Of a stretch of DNA of 64,000 bases, positions 9,729 to 18,641 are shown piece after piece. Below the pieces are notes generated by a model. It saw only the letters and a list, made by a program, of their open reading frames with translations. It was not told the origin of the DNA and searched no databases. The number at the start of each line of letters is the position of its first letter. Position 1 is the first letter of the stretch. The position numbers and the translations under genes are program-made. This stretch comes from Sedimentisphaerales bacterium (GTDB lineage: Bacteria > Planctomycetota > Phycisphaerae > Sedimentisphaerales > Anaerobacaceae): assembly GCA_963708075.1 (NCBI GenBank), contig OY970194.1, positions 6,752,001 through 6,816,000 on the forward strand. Direction: 5' to 3'.

Positions 9729-11234
9729 CTATTGCCCCACGTCATTCGTATAGTCAAGATGCATCAGGAGGTCGGTCCGGCCGCGCAGCTCGCTGACGCT
9801 TCGCATCCCGAATCGCCGCAGAATATCGATCAGCTCGTCATGCCATGCGTTGTACAGATTGATCATCCGCTGCGTGCCCCAGTCGAGATCCATCTTGCCG
9901 CAGAGTTCAGAGTCCGTGGTGGCGATTCCGCGCGGACAGCCCCGGCCGCTCTCGCACCGGCTGCACCGAACACAGCCCAGTGCGACCAACTCCGCCGTCC
10001 CGATCACGACGCCGTCGGCGCCCAGGGCAATCGCCTTGGCCACGTCATGAACGGTCCGCACGCCGCCGCTGGCCATCAATGTGACTTTGTCCCGGACGCC
10101 TTCGGCCTTGAGGAACCCGTGCACCTTGCCAATGGCGTATTCGATTGGCATGGCGATGTTCTTCTTCGCGATGTCGGGCGAGGCGCCGGTGCCACCGTAA
10201 CCGCCGTCGATGTGAATGATGTGCGTGCCGGCGGCATAGCTGCCCACCGCGACCATGTCCACATCCGTTGGGGTCGAGACCTTCGTCGAGAGCAGGGCCC
10301 GCCGGTTGATGTGCTTGATCCAGTCGAGGTGCTTCATGTGGTCCTCGATGGAGTAGACACTGTGGAACGGGAACGGCGAGAACAACGAGATCCCGAGCAC
10401 CGCCTCGCGCATCCGGGCCACGGCAGGGGTGTTCTTGTCGCCGAGCAGGTGGCCGCCAAGCCCCGGCTTGGCGCCCTGGGCATATTTGAACTCGACGATC
10501 GGCACGCGTTGGATCGTCTCTTCGCGGACGCCGAACAGGCCCGTGGCGACCTGCGTGATCACGTGGTCGTCATAGGGCCGCATCCGCTCCATGTAGCCAC
10601 CTTCACCCGTACAGGTGAAGGTGTTCCACGCCACGGCGCATCGGGCCTTCGAGAGCTGCGTGACGTTACTGACGGAGCCGAACGACATGCCGCCGCCGTA
10701 CCAGGGGACGTCGATCCGGATTTGAGGCCGGCCGTCGCCCCGGCGGTTGAGCTTGATGCTCGTGTCGATCTGGTCCTTCGACACGCCATTCGAGGGCTTC
10801 TCCGGGAACTTGAACCGCAGCTTGTCGAACCCGCCGCCGGAATTGCCGCACTGGTAGTCGAAGCCGTACTCTGTCGCGGGGACGCTTCCCGTCTCGGCCA
10901 TCATCCAGGTGGCGAGGATCATGTCGGCCGTCCAGCGGTAATCGCCCAGGATCTGCATCATCGGGTTTTCGACGATCTGCAGCGCCGACTTGGGACAGGC
11001 GGCCACGCAATAGTGATTCGTCTCTTCGCACGCCGCGCCGATGCAGTGGTACGACTTCGGCTCGCAGAAGTACTTGTACCCCGGCTTGCGGACGTGCACA
11101 CCGTACGGGCAAAGCTGGGCACATTTGCCGCAGTGGATGCAGTCGTGGTTGCGCCGGATGATGTATTTCGAGACTTCGTTCCGGTAGCGCGGCGGGGCCG
11201 GCGCGACTTGCGCTCCACTACAACCTGCGGCACA
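9729..11234 (-). CDS. Glutamate-synthase FMN-binding subunit with N-terminal ferredoxin; true start uncertain (probable frameshift ~11208)
   Basis: CIHCGKCAQLCP upstream of the tracked GTG; GGMSFGSVS, CTGEGG, QVATGLFGV, KYAQGAKPGLGGHL, IDGGYGGTGASP, ASGG, KAIALGAD, CVRCSRCESGRGCPRGIATTD. Confidence 0.85.
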   Translation of the reverse strand, partial: CAAGCSGAQVAPAPPRYRNEVSKYIIRRNHDCIHCGKCAQLCPYGVHVRKPGYKYFCEPKSYHCIGAACEETNHYCVAACPKSALQIVENPMMQILGDYRWTADMILATWMMAETGSVPATEYGFDYQCGNSGGGFDKLRFKFPEKPSNGVSKDQIDTSIKLNRRGDGRPQIRIDVPWYGGGMSFGSVSNVTQLSKARCAVAWNTFTCTGEGGYMERMRPYDDHVITQVATGLFGVREETIQRVPIVEFKYAQGAKPGLGGHLLGDKNTPAVARMREAVLGISLFSPFPFHSVYSIEDHMKHLDWIKHINRRALLSTKVSTPTDVDMVAVGSYAAGTHIIHIDGGYGGTGASPDIAKKNIAMPIEYAIGKVHGFLKAEGVRDKVTLMASGGVRTVHDVAKAIALGADGVVIGTAELVALGCVRCSRCESGRGCPRGIATTDSELCGKMDLDWGTQRMINLYNAWHDELIDILRRFGMRSVSELRGRTDLLMHLDYTNDVGQ

Positions 11235-11273
11235 CGCGTCTTCAGTGTGTTGGCCGGCAGGATGTCCCGAAGA

Positions 11274-12674
11274 TCACTTTCTTTTACCGAAAAGCTTGCC
11301 AAACGTTTCCTCCTCGAGGTCCTCGAAGAACATCGCGCGGCCGATGTCGCCGCGCAGCCGGCGGACTTCGCGCATGCCCATCGCCCCCATGACCTCGATC
11401 AATTGATCGTGCCAGGCGGCGATCAGGTTCACCATGCGCCCGACGGCATAATCAAAGGGCACATCATCCAGCCTGGCGGGACATGGCATGCCCGCCTCGC
11501 AGCGATCACAGAGGTGACACTCCAAGGCGATCATCAGCGGCAGGTCGATGCTGACTAAGTCGGCGCCGCAGATGATGGCTTTGGCCATGTGCTCGGGCAG
11601 GGCAATCCCACCGCCAGCGATGAGCGTGACTTCGTCCCGAATTCCTTTTTCGATCAGCGCCGTATGAATCCGGCGGATCATGTCCCTCAAAAACAAAGGC
11701 TTTTCTACGCCGATCTGGTTGCCGTTGAGGTCGGCCACGACGTGGATCGCCTCTGCCTCGGCCAGAGTAGCCAACTCAATGGCCCGCTGCACACCTTTGG
11801 CATCCAGCGGTACGCGCACTGAGACAACGATTCCGGGATGCTTGTCCTTGAGCCGCTTGATGCGGTCGATCACGTCGGGGCCGTCATAGGTCTCCACCAG
11901 CCGGGTCTGGGCCAATGATTCCGGTGGGACAACAGGCTGCTCCGGGTTCAAACAGAACGCCATGTGGGGTGCCAGACGATCTACATCCTCCCCGACAAAG
12001 GGCCAGTCGGATGGGCCGGCCAGGGCAATGATGTCCGTGCGTACGGCGGCCTCGCGAAGGGCGGGACCCAGCTTGGGCAACGTGTGACGCGGCGAGGACA
12101 GATTCAGGATCAACGGCATCTGGATCGACAGGCACGAGGCGTCGATTCGGAACGACTGGTCCTGGAAGTTCAGATAGGCGGGCTTGCGACCGATGTCCGC
12201 CGCCGTGCTGATGTACTCGCGGCCGTGGATGCCGTCGCGTGTGGGCCGAACGATCTCGGACATGTCGGTCCACATGCTGTCGAAACCCGGCCCGCTGAAG
12301 GGGCCTCTGTACCCGGCGCCGGAGACGGGAATCTTGGCCGTCTCCGCCTGGGTCCACGTCGTATGAATGATCTCGGGCGTCCAGTAGCTGTTGCCCAGGG
12401 CCTCGTAGATCGGATTGACGACCAGCCGCAGCAGGCCCTTCGTGCAATTCTGAACGCAGGAGAAACAGCCCATGCACTCGAAGAACAGAGCATCGACCGC
12501 CTCCAGTGTGCGGATATACTCTGCTTCTTGCCGATAGCGATCGTACACGCAGGCCTTCTTGACGCAGTTGTGACACCGGGCACAATCTTCGCGCCAATCG
12601 ACCACGCCGAACTTGCCGATGCGAGGTCGGCGCGGCGGCACGGGTTTCGTTTCAATGTGGTATTTCTCAGGCAT
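11274..12674 (-). CDS. Second glutamate-synthase FMN-barrel paralog with N-terminal ferredoxin, catalytic motifs degenerate
   Basis: CARCHNCVKKAC, CMGCFSCVQNC, GIRDEVTLIAGGGI, KAIICGAD, CHLCDRC...CP; lacks GxMSFG, TGEGG and QGAKPG motifs. Confidence 0.75.
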   Translation of the reverse strand: MPEKYHIETKPVPPRRPRIGKFGVVDWREDCARCHNCVKKACVYDRYRQEAEYIRTLEAVDALFFECMGCFSCVQNCTKGLLRLVVNPIYEALGNSYWTPEIIHTTWTQAETAKIPVSGAGYRGPFSGPGFDSMWTDMSEIVRPTRDGIHGREYISTAADIGRKPAYLNFQDQSFRIDASCLSIQMPLILNLSSPRHTLPKLGPALREAAVRTDIIALAGPSDWPFVGEDVDRLAPHMAFCLNPEQPVVPPESLAQTRLVETYDGPDVIDRIKRLKDKHPGIVVSVRVPLDAKGVQRAIELATLAEAEAIHVVADLNGNQIGVEKPLFLRDMIRRIHTALIEKGIRDEVTLIAGGGIALPEHMAKAIICGADLVSIDLPLMIALECHLCDRCEAGMPCPARLDDVPFDYAVGRMVNLIAAWHDQLIEVMGAMGMREVRRLRGDIGRAMFFEDLEEETFGKLFGKRK

Positions 12675-12689
12675 AGCTCTTCTTGCACC

Positions 12690-13595
12690 CTACAGGCCGG
12701 CAGCCGCACGCAGTTTCGACACGATCTTCTCTCGGCCTCCCGAGAGGATGTGAATGCCCCGGACGCCCTTCATACCTTTGAGCTTGCCAATGATCTCGGC
12801 ACAAATCTTCAAGCCTTCTTTCTCTTGAGCGTCTGCGTTTCCGGCGGCCTTGAGTCTTGCCACCAGGGCATCGGGAATTCGCAACTCCGTATGAGCCTCG
12901 CGGAGCTTCTCGGCCTCTTCGGCACTGCTCAGGGGCAAGATGCCCACCAGGATCGCGGTCTTGTCCACCAGTTCCTCTTTGCGGGCTGCATCAAGCCAGA
13001 TGGCAAACTCATCTATGTCAAAGACAGGCTGCGTCTGAATGAAGTCCGCCCCGGCCCCGACCTTCTTGGCGAGCTGGATCATGTTCAGCTCCAGCGGTCG
13101 AAGGTACGGGTTCGCCACCGTCCCAATCAGCATGGAGAACTTGCCCGAGACGGCAGTCCCATCCAGGAGCGTACCTTTGTCACGCATCTGCCTGATGGTC
13201 CAGATAACCTGGATCGCATCGAGGTCATACACATTGGCCGAGTCGGAGCACCCGGTGAGGGTCTGGTGATGGCCCGACGTACACACGATGTTCTTGATTC
13301 CCAGCACGGCGGCGCCCAGCAGGTCCGACTGGATCGCAATGCGGTTGCGGTCGCGGGTGACTACCTGATAAATGGGCTCACGTCCCAGCCCGAGAAGCAC
13401 CGATGACGCGGCGAGACTTGACGTGGCGATGCCGCTGTGATTGTCAGCCACGCTGACAGCAGCGAGACTGTCGCCCATCGCATCCGCCGCCGCCTTGATC
13501 GCGGCCCCCTCGGCCGCCGGAGGCGGCAGGATTTCCGCTGTCACGACAAATGCGGCCGACTGAAGGGCACTGGCCAACTTGCTGTCTGGTTTCAT
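12690..13595 (-). CDS. metF: Methylenetetrahydrofolate reductase (MetF family)
   Basis: FVVTAEILPP, TRDRNRIAIQSDLLGA, VYDLDAIQ, ANP, KKVGAGADFIQTQPVFD, GIHIL. Confidence 0.88.
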   Translation of the reverse strand: MKPDSKLASALQSAAFVVTAEILPPPAAEGAAIKAAADAMGDSLAAVSVADNHSGIATSSLAASSVLLGLGREPIYQVVTRDRNRIAIQSDLLGAAVLGIKNIVCTSGHHQTLTGCSDSANVYDLDAIQVIWTIRQMRDKGTLLDGTAVSGKFSMLIGTVANPYLRPLELNMIQLAKKVGAGADFIQTQPVFDIDEFAIWLDAARKEELVDKTAILVGILPLSSAEEAEKLREAHTELRIPDALVARLKAAGNADAQEKEGLKICAEIIGKLKGMKGVRGIHILSGGREKIVSKLRAAAGL

Positions 13596-14053
13596 GCGGC
13601 ATTCTCCCGACGGGTGCCCGTTCGCGCATCTGCCAGAACAGTCCGGGCCGGCTTGGTCCTGACAGAATGCACTCGGTCAAGCTTCGTTTGGAGTTGCTGG
13701 ACAGCGTCGATCAACGGCTCGCTCTGTCCCTGTTCTTTTGTCGCGACAACGACGCGACCCTTGCCAAAACCGATTTCGTCCAACAACTCCTCCACGGCCT
13801 CGGCCCGCTTGGACGCCCGGAGATTGCCCTCCAGATGCTTGCACTGGGACTCGGGACAAACACACAGCACCACGCCATCGGCGCCCTTTTCAAACGCCTT
13901 GAGCAGGTATGGAATCGTCGCTTTGCCGGAGCAAGGCAGGCTGAGTGTCTTAAGCCCGTCCGTGTCGAGCCGGGTTTGCAACTCCTGGAGCTCGGCATCC
14001 GTCACACTGTTGGCACAGTAAAAGAGATGGATCGTTGGAGCTTGTTTATCCAT
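13592..14053 (-). CDS. mvhD: Second MvhD-like Fe-S subunit
   Basis: LFYCANS, SLPCSGK, KAFEKGADGV, C...CKHLEGN, LLDEIGFGKGR. Confidence 0.8.
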   Translation of the reverse strand: MDKQAPTIHLFYCANSVTDAELQELQTRLDTDGLKTLSLPCSGKATIPYLLKAFEKGADGVVLCVCPESQCKHLEGNLRASKRAEAVEELLDEIGFGKGRVVVATKEQGQSEPLIDAVQQLQTKLDRVHSVRTKPARTVLADARTGTRRENAA

Positions 14054-14238
14054 AGCGCACTTGACCCAAACGGCCTATACAGGCATAATAGTCTGAGAAG
14101 CAGCCCGAGCTGCTTCGGCCACCGATTCGGACATCCGACTCGGTCATCGAAAATCAAAACAGGAGGGGCGGGGCTTGCCGTTTCCGGCTGCCGCTAAACA
14201 GCTTGGCAAGCCTCGCCCACAACCCAATGCCCTAAGTC

Positions 14239-14329
14239 ATGGAATAATGGAACGATGGAACAATGGAGTATTGGGGCACGCACCGGCCGCTTCCCCATCA
14301 TTTCATCATTCCGATATTCCGTCATTCCA
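14239..14329. repeat. Inverted array of 8-bp repeats (ATGGAAYR ... CATTCC-like)
   Basis: atggaata-atggaacg-atggaaca-atggagta, then the complementary catcattt-catcattc-cgatattc-cgtcattc. Confidence 0.7.
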
Positions 14330-14347
14330 ATCTCCCGTCGTACATCT

Positions 14348-14650
14348 TCACTGCCGGCTGAACCGGGCGACGAACTCCAGGTGGCCCCTGAGGACCCACA
14401 TCTTCTCCAGAAACTCCGGCCAGCCGCAGGAGGGCTGGAAACCTTCCGGGGCCTCCGAGTCAATCACAGTGCCGGAGACGACGACCCCTTCGAGTTCTCC
14501 CCAGAGGTCCGCCCAGACACTCAAGGCATCCTGCACAACGTTGCCGGTGACACCTCGAAAATGGGCCAACTCGGCCTGGGGCAAGGGTGCTTTGGCGATG
14601 ATCTGCGATTTCTCGCCCTCAAACTTGACCAGCTTCACACCCTGATTCAT
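14348..14650 (-). CDS. Hypothetical ~100-aa protein, first gene after the sigma-54 promoter
   Basis: ORF MNQGVKLVKFEG...CGWPEFLEKMW; same strand as the operon, between the promoter and mvhD2. Confidence 0.6.
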   Translation of the reverse strand: MNQGVKLVKFEGEKSQIIAKAPLPQAELAHFRGVTGNVVQDALSVWADLWGELEGVVVSGTVIDSEAPEGFQPSCGWPEFLEKMWVLRGHLEFVARFSRQ

Positions 14651-14717
14651 ACTTCCGGTCCAATATGTGTCCACCCAGCGCCTGGGTACTCACATTGCCC
14701 AGGCCGCTATCGATCAG

Positions 14718-14733
14718 TGCAAGAACCGTTCCA
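14718..14733 (-). promoter_or_regulatory. Sigma-54 -24/-12 promoter of the Glt-Met-Hdr operon
   Basis: Minus strand TGGAAC-GGTTC-TTGCA (one mismatch to TGGCAC-N5-TTGCW); IHF-like TTTCAATGGTTTA near 14772-14785; tandem putative UAS at 14830-14868. Confidence 0.75.
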
Positions 14734-14926
14734 GCGTGTCCGAACCATCGATGTGTCTGTATCTCCTGATATTTCAATGGTTTACGTGGAATGATCGGGA
14801 ATGCACTCTCAGACCTGCCCGGGGAGAATTGGCACAGAAAGTGGGCCACGGATCAACAAATGAGCCACAGTAGATGGAGAGGCTGCCTGCTGGTGCTTAT
14901 GGTGGTGCTTGTACTTGTGGGCCGAA

Positions 14927-17246
14927 CTAAAAGCTTATGCCGTATTCCTGAAGGCGACTGCGAAGGGTGGTCCGGCTGAGTCCGAGCTTGGCGGCGAGGG
15001 TTCGCTGGCTCATGCCGTCGGAAAGCGCACGGGAAATGATGATCCGCTCAATCAGTCGCTGGAGGCTCTTCCCTGGCCCCGGCTGATTCCTCTGCCGTCT
15101 TGTAGTACCGTTCCAAGAGCACCTGAAGGTCGCCCTGCAAACCGTCAAGACTGAGCGGACCGCGATGAGCAGGTCCATCTGATGCACCATTGAGGACTTC
15201 GGCAGTCAGCAGACTTATCGATAGTGTCTTGCCGGGGCTCATCACAACAGCGTGCTCGATGCAGTTCTCCAACTCACGCACGTTGCCGGGCCACGAGTAC
15301 GCCAGAAGATGATCCAGGACCTCACGAGAGATCTTCGTCACTGTCTTGCCGTTCTCCCGGTTGTATTTCTCCAGGAAGTGGTCCACGAGCATGGGAATAT
15401 CTTCGCGCCGCTCGCGAAGCGGAGGCAGGTGGATTGGCACGACGTTCAGCCGGTAGTAGAGATCCTGGCGGAACCGGCCTTGGCGGATGACCTCTTTCAA
15501 ATCCGTGTTCGTGGCGGCCACAACGCGGACATCCACGCGAACCGTCTGCGTGCCGCCGACCGGCTCGAACTCGCCCTCTTGCAGTACCCGCAGGAGCTTG
15601 ACCTGGAGACGCGGGCTCATCTCCGAGACCTCGTCCAGAAAGAGCGTCCCCTGATGGGCCAGCTCGAACCGCCCCTTGCGGTTCTGGATGGCGCCGGTGA
15701 ACGCTCCCTTGACGTGGCCGAACAGTTCTGATTCGAGCAGCGTCTCCGGCAGTGCTCCGCAATTGACTTTCACAAGGGGCCCCTTCGAGCGGGGGCTGTT
15801 ATAGTGGATCACGTTGGCCACCAGCTCCTTGCCCGTGCCGGTCTCGCCATTGATGAGGATAGGAGCGTTGGACTTGGCGGCCGTGGCGGCTGTCGCCAGG
15901 ACCTGCTGGATCGACTTGCTCTGGCCGATGAGATTCTCCAGGCGATAGCGGCTGCGCAGCTCGCGGAGCATTTGTTCATCCCGGATGAGAATCTCGTCTT
16001 TTTCGACCTGAAGCAGGCGGTTGATCTTGAGCACCTGGGAGGCGAGTGAGGCCACAATTGACAGAAGCCGCAGGTCCTTGTCGAGGGTAGATTCCACCGC
16101 GAACGGCCGATCCACGCTCAGCGCGCCGACCGTTTCATTGTCCACCTTGAGCGGCACACAGATGAATGCGATTGGCCATGCCGAATCCGTCTGGCGTGCT
16201 GAGGTACGGTTCAGGAATCTCGCGTCCTTGGAGATATCCGGCACCGCCTCGGGCAGTCCGGTCTTGACGACATGACCCGTGATGCCTTCGCCGATATCGT
16301 ACTCGCCCCGCGCTCGCTCGGCGCTCGAAAGCCCATGAGCAGCCACGATGCGAAGTTTGCCTACTGTCCGGTCAAGGAGCACGACGGTGCCGCGGATCAT
16401 CCCCAACTCGCTCGCCAGCACGTTCATGGTCTCTTCGAAGAAGGAATTGGGGACCAGGGCCGTGCCCAGCGCCTCGCCCATCCGTGTCAACAAGCTCAGC
16501 TCGCGATCTTCCCGCGACTCGGCGGCAATCGCCAGCTTGCCATCGACGATCCGAAACCACTGGGGCACGCCGATGGCCGTGCTACGCCGGTTGGCCGCCT
16601 TTCGCAAGGTCAACGTGCGAATCCCCCGGGAGATGCCGATCTCCAGCACGACTTGCGTGATATGCCGCACCTTGGCGAGAAATCGTGATGAGTGAGCTTC
16701 CGTCTCCAACAGCCAGTATGCGATTGTGCGGAGGTCAAAGAGCCGCGGACAGATGTGTCCGAAGAACCGCAGGACGACATCCTCATCGCCCCAGAGGTCC
16801 AACATCCCCGTCAGGCTGTCAAACACATAGCGCGTCTTGGTTCTCTCGGCCGATCCCGCTTCAGTCAGTGCTTTCTCCAGCTCGGCGGCATCGGAGGGAT
16901 TCTCTACACGCACCACGGCCTGGTGCGACTCCTTCTCCGAGGATTCGTAGAAATCGAGGAAGACTCTGTCGTTGTTTCCCTTTCCCGACGAGAAGCAGTC
17001 GATCAGTCGGAAGGCGCCCTGCGACATGAGCCCCGTATACGTGCGGCTGATCGTTTGCGGCGAGCGATTGAAACTCACGTAGGCGATGGGCGAACCCTCG
17101 GCCTCACTGGCCGCCAGAAAGCTCGAAACGAACTTGTCCACCGGCGCGCCGGAGTCCACTTCCAATACAATGTTGTCGCCGGGTAAGACGCCACCTACCA
17201 GGCGGTCAATCTCGGCAATACCGGTTGTCAACACAGGTTCACTCAA
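14927..17246 (-). CDS. Sigma-54 enhancer-binding protein: KaiC/RAD55-like domain + GAF + AAA+ + Fis HTH (frameshift ~15072)
   Basis: [25 protein letters not shown]; NifA-like [70 protein letters not shown] in the shifted frame ending at 14927. Confidence 0.9.
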
Positions 17247-17617
17247 CTCATGCCCCTTGAATCATCACAGGCAGTCCTCGCTATTGCCGTAAGTGTGCGC
17301 ACGCGGTCACATTGTTAGCGGTCGAGCATTCCAGCGAGAACGATCTTCAGCAATACAGCCCCATTCTACCACACAGCGCACTTCCCCGGGGAAGAAAACC
17401 ACATGTGCACCTGGTGAGTACGGCAGGCATGCTCGGCCTTGTTCGACGAAAAGTGCTCGCCCTGAGAACATGCCGCCCAACAGCATATTCACGGCAGCGC
17501 CCCGTTCTCAATCTTCTCGCAGTACTGCCCGCGTGCCCCGTCCATCACAACTGGTCGGGCGACGACATCAAGGCCCTCCGTCGCGAAGTCTCGATGTATA
17601 GTCCGCGCGAGGCTTCT

Positions 17618-17768
17618 TCCACAAATTTGTAGATGACAATGCCACATTCTACGAATGTGTGGCCATGAGGGCCCTGTCTGTGGAGCCATGGGTTAGCTGT
17701 AACCGGCTGCTACTCAGCGAGTTATGCCTTTTTCTCCTCTTCTCACGTCGTTGGGTATGGGATTTGCA
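17618..17768 (+). promoter_or_regulatory. Putative sigma-54 promoter cassette (2 UAS + GCTGTAAC + -24/-12) for the GGCT gene
   Basis: TCCACAAATTTGTAGA (17618), TCTACGAATGTGTGGC (17648), GCTGTAAC (17696), GGGTAT-GGGAT-TTGCA (17753-17768). Confidence 0.6.
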
Positions 17769-17825
17769 AGATCAATCAGTCAGGGACGGCGTCGGCCGGC
17801 GAAACGGTCTTGCAGGGCAGGGGAT

Positions 17826-18239
17826 ATGAACCTGTTCACTTATGGATCGCTGATGTTTGTGGAGGTCTGGTCGCAACTCGTGCGAGGCGACTACGTGAAG
17901 CGTCCTGCGCGTCTGCACGGGTTCACCCGTCGGCGAGTGCACAAAGACGTCTATCCGGTCATCTTCAAATCGAACAACAGCGAGTGGGTGGATGGTTTCA
18001 TCTACTTCGGCGTTAGTGATGAGGACTTGCGCCGGCTCGATGCCTTCGAGGCCGACGCCTACGACCGACAAGCTCACACCGTGGTTGTCGAAGGCTTTGA
18101 GAAGCACGTAGCCGAAGCCTATGTCCTGAAGGACTGCTACAAGTACCTGGTCAACAACAGCGAGTGGGATCCGCAGTGGTTCGCCCGCGAGGCCCTGCCG
18201 TTCTTCATCCACACCTATCGGGGCTTCACCGGACGCTGA
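17826..18239 (+). CDS. Gamma-glutamylcyclotransferase (AIG2/GGACT-like)
   Basis: MNLFTYGSLM, ARLHGFTR, YPVI, LDAFE..AYDR motifs. Confidence 0.85.
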   Translation: MNLFTYGSLMFVEVWSQLVRGDYVKRPARLHGFTRRRVHKDVYPVIFKSNNSEWVDGFIYFGVSDEDLRRLDAFEADAYDRQAHTVVVEGFEKHVAEAYVLKDCYKYLVNNSEWDPQWFAREALPFFIHTYRGFTGR

Positions 18240-18294
18240 GCACGCACTCCGCCAAACTCCAATGCGCATCGGTGGCCTCTCGACGAAACCGACA

Positions 18295-18444
18295 ACTACA
18301 AAAGTGTATCTATCGGGCCGATGATCTACAAAAACGTGCGCAGCCGCGTGCCTCGGAGCGAACCGAGGCGATGCTGTAACTATCGGAGCAAGCGGGCATT
18401 AAGCAGTTTTCCCCCTCGGCCGCACGTCTGGCACGGGGTTTGTA
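18295..18444 (+). promoter_or_regulatory. Second copy of the sigma-54 promoter cassette
   Basis: ACTACAAAAGTGTATC (18295), TCTACAAAAACGTGCG (18325), GCTGTAAC (18373), TGGCAC-GGGGT-TTGTA (18429-18444); spacing matches the 17618 cassette to within 1 bp. Confidence 0.6.
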
Positions 18445-18536
18445 CGTCTGGATAGAGGCCAGTTGACATTTCAGCCTTGGATTTCGGGCGGATGAGATGT
18501 AACGCCGTTGGCCCGTGACGATTTGGAGACACGGAG

Positions 18537-18641
18537 ATGTTGGCGATGGGGTATTGGTATGTCCTGACGTTGTCCAGGACACGGCTTGTCGTCTTAGCTG
18601 TAGCGGGTTTGTTGATCCTCTTGGCTTTCGGTGGTAGTGTG
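18537..18641 (+). pseudogene. 5' stub (signal peptide) of a secreted-protein gene cut by the IS
   Basis: MLAMGYWYVLTLSRTRLVVLAVAGLLILLAFGGSV(CA) has n/h/c signal-peptide character and ends exactly at the IS inverted repeat. Confidence 0.45.

Noticed and set aside
14830..14846. TGGCAC on the + strand as a sigma-54 promoter
   Set aside because: No TTGC at -12 (reads GTGGG) and no + strand gene downstream; better read as part of the tandem UAS
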